Positions 19,334-29,336 of a stretch of 42,823 nt of DNA are shown piece by piece; position 1 is the stretch's first letter, and each line of letters starts with the position of its first letter. Location: assembly GCA_002403415.1 (NCBI GenBank), contig DHHS01000171.1:1-42823 (forward strand). The letters are read 5' to 3'. Source of the stretch: Sphingomonas sp. UBA4766 (GTDB lineage: Bacteria > Pseudomonadota > Alphaproteobacteria > Sphingomonadales > Sphingomonadaceae). The translations under genes and the position numbers were made by a program. The notes under the pieces are model-generated. The model was not told the DNA's origin. It made no database searches and was given only the letters and a program-made list of their open reading frames with translations.

Positions 19334-22300
19334 TCACTCCGCCGGTTGTGGAGCGCCTTCGCCGGGGCGGAAGCCGATCTTGCCGGGGGTGCCGTCATGG
19401 TCGATCACCGGCACGCCGTCATCGCCGGGGCGATAGGTCAGCAAGCGCTTGCCCAGCCGCGACCCGATCCACTCTTCAATGCCGACCGCGAGCGAGAAGG
19501 TGGCAGGCACAATCACGAGCGTCAGCAACGTCGACAGGATCAGCCCACCAATCACGGTCACGCCCATGGGCGCACGCCAGCTGCCGTCGCCCGTCAGCGA
19601 GAGCGCAACCGGCACCATGCCCGCCACCATCGCCACCGTAGTCATCACGATCGGCTGGGCACGCTTGTGTCCCGCATCGAGCACGGCAGTGGTTTTCTCC
19701 ACGCCCTTGGCCATTTCCTCCAACGCGAAATCCACGAGCAGAATCGAGTTTTTGGCGACAATGCCGAGCAGCATGAGCAACCCGATAAACACTGGCATCG
19801 ACAACGCGTCGCCGCTGATCCGCAGCGCAATCGCCGAGCCAAGCGGCGCGAGAATCAGCGACCCCATATTCACCAGCGGCGGCATCATCCGCTTGTAGAG
19901 CAGCACCAGCACTGCAAAGACGAGCAGCACGCCCGAAATCACCGCGATGACGAAGTTGACCAGCAATTCGCCCAGCCATTTGTCCTGGCCCAGCGTCAAT
20001 TGGGTCACGCCAGTGGGCAGGTTTTTGAGCGCGGGCAATTGCTGGATCTTGGGCTGGGCATCGCCCGTCACCTTGCCGGGGGCAAGGTCGGCGCCAATGC
20101 TGATCCGCCGGGTCAAATTGGTCCGCTGGATCAGTGTCGGCCCCGCGCCAAAGCCGACATCGGCGATCACTTTCAGCGGCACCGACCCGCCATTGACGGT
20201 CGGCACCGGCAAATTCTCGATCGTCGACAGGCTGCGCCGAGATTCCTCAGAGAGCGCGACCCGGATCGGGATCTGGCGGTCAGACAGCGAGAATTTCGCT
20301 GCATTCTGGTCAATATCGCCCAACGTCGCGATGCGGATCGACTGGCTGAGCGCAGCGGTCGTCACCCCCAGATTGGCGGCCAGGTCCATGTGCGGGGTGA
20401 TCGTGATTTCGGGGCGCTGGAGATCGCCCACCACCCGCGGCGCGCGCAATTCGGGCAGCGCGGCCATTTCCTCAACCAACCGGTTGGCGACGTCGTTCAA
20501 CTGCGCCGGATCGCTGCCGCCGATGGTGACGGTGATCGCGCGACCAGAGGCGCCCCCCTCCTGGGCCTGGAAATTGACCCGTGCATCAGGGATTTCGTTG
20601 AGTTGTGGGGCGAGCGCGCGCTCAAACTCGCTGGAGGTGCGCTTGCGGTCCTTTTTCAGCGTCAGGAAAATGCCGCCATTGCCGACATTAGCGACGGTAT
20701 AGGCGGTCTCCACCTCCGGTGCCTTGGTCAGGATCGCGGTCACCCGTTCGGCAACGTCGCGCGTCTGCTCCAGCGTCGTGCCCGGCGCCATCTGGATCGA
20801 CACCTGGCTGAAATCCTGGTTCAATTGCGGCTGGAAGGTCAGCGGAATGCCGCCGAACAGGCCGGGCACACCCGCAAAAATCCCCACGGTCGCCAGAAAG
20901 GCCAGGCCGCCGACCCCCACTGTCTTCCACCGATGCCGCAGCGACAGCCGCAGCGTCGCCATATAGACATCCATCAGCCAACCCTCGCCATGCGTCGCAT
21001 GACCCTTGGCTTTGAGGAAATAGGCCGCGATCATCGGCGTAATCAGCCGCGCGACGCCCAGGCTGAGCAGCACGGCGACAACCACGGTCAGCCCGAAATT
21101 CTTGAAAAACTGTCCCGAAATGCCCGGCATCAGACCCACGGGCAGGAACACCGCGACAATCGCCATGGTCGTCGCTAGCACCGCAAGCCCGATTTCGTCG
21201 GCGGCATCAATCGACGCCTGATAAGCGGATTTGCCCATCCGCATATGTCTGACGATATTTTCAATCTCGACGATGGCGTCATCGACCAACACCCCCGCCA
21301 CCAGGCTGAGCGCCAGCAGGCTGAGAAAATTAAGGGTGAAACCCATCAAGTCCATGAAGAAAAACGCCGGAATTGCCGACAACGGAATGGCAATCGCCGA
21401 AATGATCGTCGCGCGCCAATCACGCAGAAAGATGAACACGACGATGACGGCCAACACCGCGCCCTCGATCATCGCTTCAATGGCGGAATGATATTGCCCC
21501 TTGGTATAATTCACGCTGGTGAACAGCTCGGTGAACTTGACCTTGGGGTTTTCCTTTTCAAGCTGGCGCAGCGTCTTTTGCATCGCGTCATAAACCGTCA
21601 CGTCGGACGCACCCTTGGCGCGTGTCACGCCAAAGGCGACCACGGGATGGCCGTTCATTAACGCAATCGAGCGCTGCTCGGCATAGCCGTCCTTCACTTC
21701 GGCGAGATCGGCGAGCTTGACGGTCCGACCGCCCCCGATCGCGACATCGGATTGCCCGAGCGCATAGGCCGTGCGCGCATTGCCGAGCACCCGTACCGAT
21801 TGTTCAGATCCGGCCACTTGCGCGCGGCCGCCCGCCGCGTTCAAATTGGTCTGGCGCAATTGCTGGTTCACTTGCGCGGCGGTGATGCCAAAGGACTGAA
21901 GCTTGACGGGATCGAGGATAACGCGGATTTCGCGGTTCACGCCGCCATCGCGGCTGACGCTGGCAGTGCCTGCATTGCCCAGCAAGCGCTTTGACACCGT
22001 GTCATCGACATACCAGCTCAGCTCCTCCAGCGTCATGTCGGTCGCCTCGGCGGAGATATAGGCCAGCGAGCCACCGCCGATATCGATCCGCTCCACACGC
22101 GGTTCCAAAATGCCATCGGGCAAATCGCCCCTGATCTGCGAAATCGCATTGCGCACGTCATTGACAGCGCGGTCAATCGGCGTGCCGATCGCGAACGACA
22201 CGCGGGTCGTGCTCGATCCTTCGCCGACGCTGGAGTTGACCTCGTCGATGCCGTTGATGCTGCGCACTGCGGATTCAACCCGCTGGGTTACCTGCTTTTC

Positions 22301-22486
22301 CAATTCGGTCGGCGCCGCACCGGGCTGGCTGATCGTAATGGACGCGGCGGGGAAATCGATGTCAGGGTTGTCATTCACCTGCATCCGCGAAAAGCTGACA
22401 ATGCCCGCGAGCAGGAGCGCGACGAACAGCACGATCGGCGGCACCGGATTGCGGATCGACCAAGCCGAAATGTTACGAAAACCCAT
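19334..22486 (-). CDS. RND efflux transporter permease subunit (AcrB/AcrD/AcrF family)
   Basis: 1050 aa with VLVDDAIVEIEN, AKNSILLVDF and RAQPIVMTT proton-relay motifs. Confidence 0.96.
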   Translation of the reverse strand: MGFRNISAWSIRNPVPPIVLFVALLLAGIVSFSRMQVNDNPDIDFPAASITISQPGAAPTELEKQVTQRVESAVRSINGIDEVNSSVGEGSSTTRVSFAIGTPIDRAVNDVRNAISQIRGDLPDGILEPRVERIDIGGGSLAYISAEATDMTLEELSWYVDDTVSKRLLGNAGTASVSRDGGVNREIRVILDPVKLQSFGITAAQVNQQLRQTNLNAAGGRAQVAGSEQSVRVLGNARTAYALGQSDVAIGGGRTVKLADLAEVKDGYAEQRSIALMNGHPVVAFGVTRAKGASDVTVYDAMQKTLRQLEKENPKVKFTELFTSVNYTKGQYHSAIEAMIEGAVLAVIVVFIFLRDWRATIISAIAIPLSAIPAFFFMDLMGFTLNFLSLLALSLVAGVLVDDAIVEIENIVRHMRMGKSAYQASIDAADEIGLAVLATTMAIVAVFLPVGLMPGISGQFFKNFGLTVVVAVLLSLGVARLITPMIAAYFLKAKGHATHGEGWLMDVYMATLRLSLRHRWKTVGVGGLAFLATVGIFAGVPGLFGGIPLTFQPQLNQDFSQVSIQMAPGTTLEQTRDVAERVTAILTKAPEVETAYTVANVGNGGIFLTLKKDRKRTSSEFERALAPQLNEIPDARVNFQAQEGGASGRAITVTIGGSDPAQLNDVANRLVEEMAALPELRAPRVVGDLQRPEITITPHMDLAANLGVTTAALSQSIRIATLGDIDQNAAKFSLSDRQIPIRVALSEESRRSLSTIENLPVPTVNGGSVPLKVIADVGFGAGPTLIQRTNLTRRISIGADLAPGKVTGDAQPKIQQLPALKNLPTGVTQLTLGQDKWLGELLVNFVIAVISGVLLVFAVLVLLYKRMMPPLVNMGSLILAPLGSAIALRISGDALSMPVFIGLLMLLGIVAKNSILLVDFALEEMAKGVEKTTAVLDAGHKRAQPIVMTTVAMVAGMVPVALSLTGDGSWRAPMGVTVIGGLILSTLLTLVIVPATFSLAVGIEEWIGSRLGKRLLTYRPGDDGVPVIDHDGTPGKIGFRPGEGAPQPAE

Positions 22487-22538
22487 GACTCTGCTCGCCT
22501 CTTTTCAAAACGTTCGCCGCTTCATCGGCGCAGTCGGA

Positions 22539-23720
22539 TCAGCGGACCGCCTTCTGTCGCACCGGAGCAATTTTCTGCCCCGGATTGAGGAAGGCGCCCG
22601 CCGACACCACCACGCGCTCATCGCCGGTCAGCCCGGACGCAATCGCAACCCCCGCATCCGACACCTGCCCGACCTTGATGTCACGCCGGACAACTTCGTT
22701 GTTCGGTCCGACAACATAGACAAAATTGCCCTTTGCGTCACTCTGCACCGATGATTGCGGGAGGAGCGGCGCAACCGCCGACCCCGCGATCAGCGTGGCG
22801 GCGGCAAAGCCACCGGGGCGCAACGCCGAGTCATAGGGGAGCGCAATCCGCACTTCGCCCTGGCGCGTCTGCGGGTCGATCACCGGGGCGACTTGCCACA
22901 CCTGGCCAGTGAAGCGGCGCGTGCTGCCCACCGGCACCACCGTGGCAGGGGTACCGACGCGGGCCTGCGCCATGTCGGCGTCGGACAGCGCGGCCCGCAG
23001 TTCAAGCGCTCCTCCACCGGCCAGCCGGAACAACACGCCCGACCCGGCCGACACAATCTGCCCCGGCTCGACCGACCGCGTCAAAACCAGACCCGCAGCA
23101 GGCGCGCGGATCAGCAAGCGGCCATTGCGCGCGCGGATCTCGTCAAGCTGAGCCTCCGCCACTTTCACTCGGGCAAGGGCGGCATCGCGGGTCGCAGTGC
23201 GGCGATCAACATCGGCCTTGGAGATAAAGCCGCGATCGACCAGTTGCTGCGCGCGGTCAAGCTCGGCCTGCGCCAGCCGGGCATCGGACCGGGCAACGCC
23301 GATTTGTGCGGCCTGCGATGCTTGAGTCTCAACCTGAACCGAGCGATCAATCGTTGCAAGCACCTGACCGGCCTTCACCCATTGACCCGGCTGCACAAGC
23401 ACAGCGGTCACGCGGCCACCCTCGCCCGCCACGCCGACCGGCATATCGACCTTGGCCGCGATCGAGCCGGTGGCCGTGATGGTGCGTGCGACCGTCTGGC
23501 GACCGGGGACCGTAACTGTCACGGTTGGCACCTGTTTGGCGGGTGCCTTGGTCTCCGCCGCCTTGGGCTTGCCGCCAAAGACCCAAAAGCCGATCAGCGC
23601 GAGCACCACGACTGCCACGACTGCAATCGCGATCCAGCGGCCGCGCGAGGCACGCGGCGCATCGCCACCAGGCAGCGCGTAGCGACCATTGTTGCCGATC
23701 GTTCCCGGCTCGTAATTCAT
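22539..23720 (-). CDS. RND efflux periplasmic adaptor (MFP) subunit
   Basis: N-terminal TM, lipoyl/hairpin pattern (VQPGQWVKAGQVLATID...IRAPAAGLVL), GLTGDERVVVSAG; upstream of the RND permease. Confidence 0.93.
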   Translation of the reverse strand: MNYEPGTIGNNGRYALPGGDAPRASRGRWIAIAVVAVVVLALIGFWVFGGKPKAAETKAPAKQVPTVTVTVPGRQTVARTITATGSIAAKVDMPVGVAGEGGRVTAVLVQPGQWVKAGQVLATIDRSVQVETQASQAAQIGVARSDARLAQAELDRAQQLVDRGFISKADVDRRTATRDAALARVKVAEAQLDEIRARNGRLLIRAPAAGLVLTRSVEPGQIVSAGSGVLFRLAGGGALELRAALSDADMAQARVGTPATVVPVGSTRRFTGQVWQVAPVIDPQTRQGEVRIALPYDSALRPGGFAAATLIAGSAVAPLLPQSSVQSDAKGNFVYVVGPNNEVVRRDIKVGQVSDAGVAIASGLTGDERVVVSAGAFLNPGQKIAPVRQKAVR

Positions 23721-23878
23721 ATCCGCCACTTTCGTATCCAATCGCCCCGATCACTATCTGAAACTGTATTAGCGAAATAAGTCACCGACCTCAAGGGGTC
23801 GATGGGGCTGGCGCGCGATTGCCCTTTTTCGGAACATTTCGCAAGCAAAAGCACCGGATCAGCGGGGAGCGGCGAACG

Positions 23879-23916
23879 AAAAGGGCTGCACACCCTATCC
23901 TGCGTGCAGCCCTTTT
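23879..23916. terminator. Intrinsic terminator after sciP (potentially bidirectional)
   Basis: AAAAGGGCTGCAC-12 nt-GTGCAGCCCTTTT perfect 13-bp inverted repeat with T/A runs on both sides. Confidence 0.85.
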
Positions 23917-23952
23917 GCGATATTGGCGGCGAGTCGCGGCGCGACTGGCGGA

Positions 23953-24252
23953 TCAGTATTTCTGCTGACGTTCGTAGAGCGAGCGATAGTGCTGGATGCG
24001 CGTTACGCGCAGGCCCGGCATGCCCGACCGGTCGATCGCCCGTTGCCAGCCGGCAAACTCCTCAACCGTCAGATTATAGCGTGCGCACACGTCATCCACG
24101 CTCAACAGGCCGCCATTGACCGCGGCGACCACTTCGGCCTTGCGCCGTACCACCCACCGCGTCGTCTCCGGCGGTGGCAGCGACTCAAGCGTCAGCGCTT
24201 CTCCAAGCGGGCCGATCACCTTTGCCGGGCGGATCTTTTGGTTCTCGATCAT
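23953..24252 (-). CDS. sciP: CtrA inhibitor SciP (DUF1153)
   Basis: VIGPLGEALTLESLPPPETTRWVVRRKAEVVAAVNGGLL...YNLTVEEF...GLRVTRIQHY; near mnmA as is typical. Confidence 0.92.
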   Translation of the reverse strand: MIENQKIRPAKVIGPLGEALTLESLPPPETTRWVVRRKAEVVAAVNGGLLSVDDVCARYNLTVEEFAGWQRAIDRSGMPGLRVTRIQHYRSLYERQQKY

Positions 24253-24313
24253 GCAAAACCTCGAATAGCGCAACTGCGGTCCAACTGTAGTAACGACCGA
24301 TAGCAGCCGGACT

Positions 24314-24352
24314 TGAATAGGGATTGAAACGGCGGGGTAAACGGCGCCTTCA
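24314..24352. promoter_or_regulatory. Two degenerate CtrA-like boxes upstream of sciP
   Basis: TGAA-N7-TGAA (24314-24328) and TAAA-N7-TTCA (24338-24352) versus consensus TTAA-N7-TTAA; sciP is a known CtrA target in Caulobacter. Confidence 0.4.
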
Positions 24353-24589
24353 TTCCCCTTTCCAGTTCATGATCGCACGCGCCACTGCGGCGTTGAAGGC
24401 GCCCGTCCCCAGCACGCCCGGCGCGATGGCACTCGTCGCGTGGCGGCGGCAGACCTCAAACTGTGCGGTAGCACTTGCGGCCTGGCGCGCGGCAACCCCA
24501 ACCAGCAGCAACGGCAGCGAAAGCGGCCGCCCTGGCGCCTGCGAGGAAAGTTCAAATTGCCGAAAGCCAAGGTCCACGTGCGCGCCCAT
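24350..24589 (-). CDS. Small hypothetical protein upstream of sciP
   Basis: 79-aa ATG ORF filling the mnmA-sciP gap; protein-like (RPLSLPLLLVGVAARQ...CRRHATSAIAP); no family recognised. Confidence 0.5.
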   Translation of the reverse strand: MGAHVDLGFRQFELSSQAPGRPLSLPLLLVGVAARQAASATAQFEVCRRHATSAIAPGVLGTGAFNAAVARAIMNWKGE

Positions 24590-24687
24590 TGCCGAAAGTG
24601 AAGGAACACGAAGCGTAGCGCGCGCATCTGAAGGTCCGGTAAAAGCAGTGCTTGGTTCGCAGGGCCCGCCCCCCTATTTGTGGCGCG

Positions 24688-25806
24688 ATGATGGATGGTG
24701 ATTTTCAGCTTGGCGCAAATCCGGCGGCGCGGCGCATTGTGGTCGCAATGTCGGGGGGCGTTGATTCTTCGGTGGTAGCAGCACTTGCCGCGCGCACCGG
24801 CGCCGAGACGATCGGGATCACGCTCCAGCTTTACGATCACGGCGAAGCGGTGGGCCGCGCGGGCAGTTGTTGCGCGGGCCGCGATATCCGCGACGCGCGC
24901 GCCGTGTGCGACCGATTGGGCATCGCGCATTATGTGTTCGACCATGAAACCGCATTTCGCGAGGCGGTGATCGACGATTTCGCCGACGAATATCTCGCCG
25001 GGCGCACCCCTATTCCGTGCATCAAATGCAATATGGGGCCAAAATTCACCGATCTGCTGAAACTTGCGCGCGATTTGGGCGCCGATTGCCTGGCAACCGG
25101 CCATTATGTCCGCCGGGTGGCGGGATCAGGCGGCGCCGAGCTTCACCGCGCGGTCGACCCGGCGCGCGATCAAAGCTATTTCCTGTTCGCGACGACGCCC
25201 GCGCAGCTCGACTATCTGCGCTTTCCGCTGGGGTCCATGCCGAAGGCACAGGTTCGAGCGCTCGCCTTTGAGTTGGGCCTTGGCGTCGCGGCCAAGCCCG
25301 ATAGCCAGGACATCTGCTTCGTGCCCGATGGCGATTATGCGCGCCTCGTCAAGAAATTGCGCCCTGAAGCCGATATCGGCGGCGATATTGTCGACGAAGC
25401 CGGGCGGGTGCTTGGCCAGCATCGCGGCCTCATCCATTTCACCGTCGGCCAGCGCCGCGGGCTGGAGATTGGCGGCACGCCCGAGCCGCTCTACGTGCTG
25501 CGGTTGGACGCAGCGGCGCGACGCATCGTCGTTGGCCCCAAAAGCGCCCTCGCGGTTTCGGGGGCGCGGCTGGGCGGGATTAACTGGATTGGCGGCGATC
25601 ATGCCGGGCCCCTTACCGCCAAAGTGCGCAGCCTCGCCAAGCCGGTGCCCGCGCGGCTCGATGGCGATCGGCTGATATTCGAGACCCCGGAATACGGTGT
25701 CGCACCAGGGCAGGCGGCGGTGCTCTACGCGGGTGATCGCGTGCTTGGCGGCGGTTGGATCATGGCGACCGAGCGGGCGGCGGCGGTCGAGGCCGCGGTC
25801 GCCTAA
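24688..25806 (+). CDS. mnmA: tRNA 2-thiouridine(34) synthase MnmA
   Basis: [11 protein letters not shown]-loop, [39 protein letters not shown] and PGQAAVLY motifs. Confidence 0.97.
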   Translation: MMDGDFQLGANPAARRIVVAMSGGVDSSVVAALAARTGAETIGITLQLYDHGEAVGRAGSCCAGRDIRDARAVCDRLGIAHYVFDHETAFREAVIDDFADEYLAGRTPIPCIKCNMGPKFTDLLKLARDLGADCLATGHYVRRVAGSGGAELHRAVDPARDQSYFLFATTPAQLDYLRFPLGSMPKAQVRALAFELGLGVAAKPDSQDICFVPDGDYARLVKKLRPEADIGGDIVDEAGRVLGQHRGLIHFTVGQRRGLEIGGTPEPLYVLRLDAAARRIVVGPKSALAVSGARLGGINWIGGDHAGPLTAKVRSLAKPVPARLDGDRLIFETPEYGVAPGQAAVLYAGDRVLGGGWIMATERAAAVEAAVA

Positions 25807-26282
25807 CTCCCCTCGATCCGGTCGCGTGCCACCTCGCGCTTGCCGGTCGCTGGCGCAAGCCCCGCTGCCTTGCCCAGCCCGAAGGCGGGCAAGTTATTGT
25901 AAAGTGTCTCGCTGCCGCCCCCGCGCACGGCATAGGTTTCGTGGAAAATGCCCACCGCCGCATTGCCGCGGACGGCGTGGTTGAACGCCGCCCAGGCCGG
26001 ACGATGCGCGGCGTCGACATTATGGGCATAGGCCTCCAGCGCGTCGAACGAGCGCCAATATTGGATCAGCACTGGCTGACGTGGCGATTTCCAGCACATT
26101 TCGTAAACAATAAAACCGCTATCACGATCGCGGTGCAATTCACCCAGCATGCGCGCCATCGCATTGAACACCGGCAGCCATTTGCCGATCGCGAACCACC
26201 GGTTCACGCGCATGCCGATGATGAAGACCACAATGTCGCCGCTGTGATTGGCGGTCATCCGTCCCGGCACGATCTTGGCCAT
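25803..26282 (-). CDS. DUF4188 family protein (dimeric alpha-beta barrel)
   Basis: [41 protein letters not shown] and [13 protein letters not shown] motifs. Confidence 0.88.
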   Translation of the reverse strand: MAKIVPGRMTANHSGDIVVFIIGMRVNRWFAIGKWLPVFNAMARMLGELHRDRDSGFIVYEMCWKSPRQPVLIQYWRSFDALEAYAHNVDAAHRPAWAAFNHAVRGNAAVGIFHETYAVRGGGSETLYNNLPAFGLGKAAGLAPATGKREVARDRIEGS

Positions 26283-26296
26283 CGGCAATCCTTCAT

Positions 26297-26635
26297 TCAG
26301 GGAACGCGATAGGGCGTACCCTTGAACGGTTCGGGCTGGCACCCCAGCTCCGGGTCATAACGCACCGAGCGCGAGGCGAGCAGCGGGACATAAGCCGTGA
26401 CCGTCTTCAGCTTGGGATCATCCTTCAGGCTGATCTGTTCCATGCCGGGCTCAAAATCCTTGTAACAGCTGTTCAGGTCCCGATTGCCGATATAGCGGCA
26501 CGCGCAGGCCACGCGCGCGCCATAGCCAACGCCCAACTCGATCTTGGGCGTGATCGAACGCGCATAGCCCCATGCCGCGATCAGCGCGATCACGAACAGC
26601 GTCAGCGCGCCCAGCCCAATGCGTCTTGCCATCAT
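26297..26635 (-). CDS. Small exported or membrane-anchored Cys-containing protein resembling the N-terminal domain of AmpC-like serine hydrolases
   Basis: TM/signal then PKIELGVGYGARVACACRYIGNR...KTVTAYVPLLASRSVRYDPELGC; sigma70-like promoter just upstream. Confidence 0.75.
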   Translation of the reverse strand: MMARRIGLGALTLFVIALIAAWGYARSITPKIELGVGYGARVACACRYIGNRDLNSCYKDFEPGMEQISLKDDPKLKTVTAYVPLLASRSVRYDPELGCQPEPFKGTPYRVP

Positions 26636-26660
26636 CGTCGCACACTCTATCGTGGTGGCG

Positions 26661-27713
26661 ATGCAACGCAAGCGTGCCCTCTTTGCGATCGCGGCCCTCA
26701 CGCTCGCCGGCGGCGCGACTCCGCTTGCCGCCGCGCCCGACGATGTGCTGAGCCCATTATTCTCGCCCGGCCTGGGCGAAACGCGCGCCGCAATTCTGGT
26801 CGAGGACGGGCGGGTGATCGCCAAGCGCTATGCGCCCGGCTTTTCGGACACGAATCGCTTCATCAGCTGGTCAACAGCCAAGACGATGACGGCGATGCTG
26901 ATCGGCGAGTTGGTGAGCGACGGCAAGCTCTCACTCGACGCGCCCGCGCCTGTTGCCGAGTGGCAAAAGCCGGGCGATCCGCGCGCGGCCATCACGCTGC
27001 GCCACCTGCTGCACATGGCCGCTGGCCTGAAACACACCGAAGTCGGCGATCCGGTGGAGGCAAGCGATACCAACCAGGTGCTGTTCGCAAGCGGCACCCA
27101 CAGCATGGCCGCGCGCGCAATCGCCCAGCCGCTGGAGGCCAAACCGGGCGCGAAGTTTGAATATAGCTCGCTGACCACGATCATCCTGTCCGAAATCATC
27201 ACCCGCACGCTGACCGAAAGCCGCGATGCGAAAACGCGCGCCAAGGCATATCGCGATTTCGCGTTCGAACGGCTTTACACACCCGCTGGGGCGACGGGGG
27301 TCGTGCTCGAATTCGACGGCGCGGGGACGCAGATTGGCGGCTCGCTGATCCATTTGTCGCTGCCTGATTTCGCCCGCGTCGGCGCGCTGCTGCTCGATGG
27401 GCGCGGCCCAGACGGAGCGCAAGTGATCGCGCCCGACTGGCTCGCTTTCATGAAGACGCCGTCGCCGCGCCAGCCGATTTACGGCGGCCAGACCTGGCTC
27501 AACCGCTTTGCCAAGACCGGCAAAGAACCCGCGATCGCGTCGATGAACGGCCATCTCGGCCAATATGTGCTGACGTTTCGCGGCGTGGGCCGCGACGGCA
27601 AACCGCATGCCTATGTACTGATCCGGCTCGGCAATACACGGCAGGACCGGCTAGACAGCGTGGAACAGGCGATGGGCACGCTCGCAGCGGAGCTGGTGCG
27701 GCCCGCACCGTAA
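26661..27713 (+). CDS. Beta-lactamase-related serine hydrolase (AmpC/class C-like)
   Basis: SxxK (SWSTAK), YSS (FEYSSLTT), ITLRHLLHM and GHLGQY motifs; signal peptide from ATG 26661. Confidence 0.9.
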   Translation: MQRKRALFAIAALTLAGGATPLAAAPDDVLSPLFSPGLGETRAAILVEDGRVIAKRYAPGFSDTNRFISWSTAKTMTAMLIGELVSDGKLSLDAPAPVAEWQKPGDPRAAITLRHLLHMAAGLKHTEVGDPVEASDTNQVLFASGTHSMAARAIAQPLEAKPGAKFEYSSLTTIILSEIITRTLTESRDAKTRAKAYRDFAFERLYTPAGATGVVLEFDGAGTQIGGSLIHLSLPDFARVGALLLDGRGPDGAQVIAPDWLAFMKTPSPRQPIYGGQTWLNRFAKTGKEPAIASMNGHLGQYVLTFRGVGRDGKPHAYVLIRLGNTRQDRLDSVEQAMGTLAAELVRPAP

Positions 27714-27723
27714 TCCGCAGCGA

Positions 27724-28911
27724 TCACCGCTGCTTCGCGGCCCAAGCCTTTGCCTGTGTGTTGGTCAGTTCGACCAGATTGCCCATCACCACCGGCATGT
27801 CGATCAGGTGCAGCCCCCAATCGGCGAGCACCTTGTTCAGCACCGTGACATCGCCTGCAATCGTGTCGGTGCGGGGATCAGCGGGATCAGCGTTCACGGC
27901 GACCGCCAGATAGCTGAACTTGCCGTTCTGCACGCACTCGGTCGAGATCAATCCCGGCGCTTTGACGAACGGGGTGGTGACCGCCGGGCCATCCTTCACC
28001 CATGGTGCCTGAATGCCGCTGCCCAGCCCCGCGCCGCGCGTGCCGAGGTAATTATCGGTGAGGGCCTTGCCCCCGCCAAGCGCCGCCGGGTTGGTGCACG
28101 CGGCCACCATGCCCGGCGATGCCACCACGCCAAAGCGGCTGTTGTCCGGCGGCCGTGTCTCGGCCCGGAACGATACATAGGTGATGAGGCAGCCGGTCTG
28201 GGTCGCCTTGCGGCACAGCGGAAACGCCTTGAAATCGCCGCCTGTATCCTTGCCCTTTGGCACCGCAACATTGGTGCCGATCAGCATGGCGGAAATGATA
28301 CGCGCGGCCGCCGCTGGCTTGCCGTCAATCTCCTCGGCGATCAATTGCTTGAGCATCCCCGACCCCTGGCTATGCCCGATCAGCACGACGCCGCGCCCCT
28401 TGTTCTCGGTCGCCAGATAATGCGCCCACGCCGCTTTCACATCACCATAAGCGAGCGCGCGGTCGGCGGTCGCCGCAGTCGTCGTGCCCAACCGGCGCAG
28501 CCCGGCAAGCGTGATCTGGCGATACAGCGGCGCGAACACCCGACAATGTTTGGCAAAACGCGCGGCCTGAAAAGCGGCCACCGCCTTTTCCTCCAGACCG
28601 GGTTTCAGATCGGCGTTGGGCGTCGGGTCGAGCGAAACCGTGGGATAGACATAGAAGCAGTCGAACTGCGGCGCGGACGCGGGCTTGAACGCCTCAACGC
28701 TCTGGCGGCCATTGGCGGCGACAATCGTTGCGTCCTGCGGCGCGCTGCACGCATCGGCGCGACCGGGCAGGCACAGCCAGGTGTCGGGTTGTGCATAATC
28801 GGGGGCATGCCCGGGTGCGGCAGCGGGGTGTTGCGCGAGCAGCGGGGCGGCGAACATAGCCGCGCTCATGGCGACGACAGAAGCGATCAGGCGTGTGGGC
28901 GACATTGGCAC
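27724..28911 (-). CDS. DUF3089 family alpha/beta hydrolase, exported
   Basis: DCFYVYPTVS, VFAPLYRQ, GHSQG nucleophile elbow, CTNP and GLHLID motifs; signal peptide. Confidence 0.88.
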   Translation of the reverse strand: MPMSPTRLIASVVAMSAAMFAAPLLAQHPAAAPGHAPDYAQPDTWLCLPGRADACSAPQDATIVAANGRQSVEAFKPASAPQFDCFYVYPTVSLDPTPNADLKPGLEEKAVAAFQAARFAKHCRVFAPLYRQITLAGLRRLGTTTAATADRALAYGDVKAAWAHYLATENKGRGVVLIGHSQGSGMLKQLIAEEIDGKPAAAARIISAMLIGTNVAVPKGKDTGGDFKAFPLCRKATQTGCLITYVSFRAETRPPDNSRFGVVASPGMVAACTNPAALGGGKALTDNYLGTRGAGLGSGIQAPWVKDGPAVTTPFVKAPGLISTECVQNGKFSYLAVAVNADPADPRTDTIAGDVTVLNKVLADWGLHLIDMPVVMGNLVELTNTQAKAWAAKQR

Positions 28912-28964
28912 ATCTCCTCCCCAATGTCCCCACCATAACGCAACTTCGCCCTGCGTCGAGGGGG

Positions 28965-29336
28965 TTAGAGCGGGTAGAGCGCCCCCATTATCCAGCGTCC
29001 CTCGCTGCGCAGCACGCCCCAGGCGCGAGCGGCGGCGCGGCTGTCCATTGCCTCCACACCAATCCCTTGCGCCTCAAGCGCTTCGATCAACGCCCGCGGC
29101 GGGTGGCAGAGGTTCGCTCCCGTGCCGAGCAGCAGAAATTCGGGGAGCGGGTCAAGGTCAAGCAGCGTGTCGAGCGCCGCCACCGTCAACGCCTCCAGCG
29201 GCGGCGGTGACCAGCCATCGGCACGCATGGGCGTGATGCGCAGCGCCGTGTAGATATTGTCGTCAACGCGAAATCCGCCGCGCGCGAAACCCGCAATGAT
29301 CGGGCCAGCGCCGGCCGAATCGCGCCCGAGCTTCAC
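28965..29336 (-). CDS. Mth938-like domain protein
   Basis: PEFLLLGTG and GIGVEAMDSRAAARAWGVLRSEGR motifs; downstream of secF. Confidence 0.9.
   Translation of the reverse strand: MKLGRDSAGAGPIIAGFARGGFRVDDNIYTALRITPMRADGWSPPPLEALTVAALDTLLDLDPLPEFLLLGTGANLCHPPRALIEALEAQGIGVEAMDSRAAARAWGVLRSEGRWIMGALYPL

Noticed and set aside
19346-21178. 610-aa plus-strand ORF; likewise 30493-32157, 17773-19167, 22755-23780 and 27808-28938
   Set aside because: Antisense shadows of well-supported genes, caused by high GC and codon bias; Arg/His/Gln-rich with no motifs.
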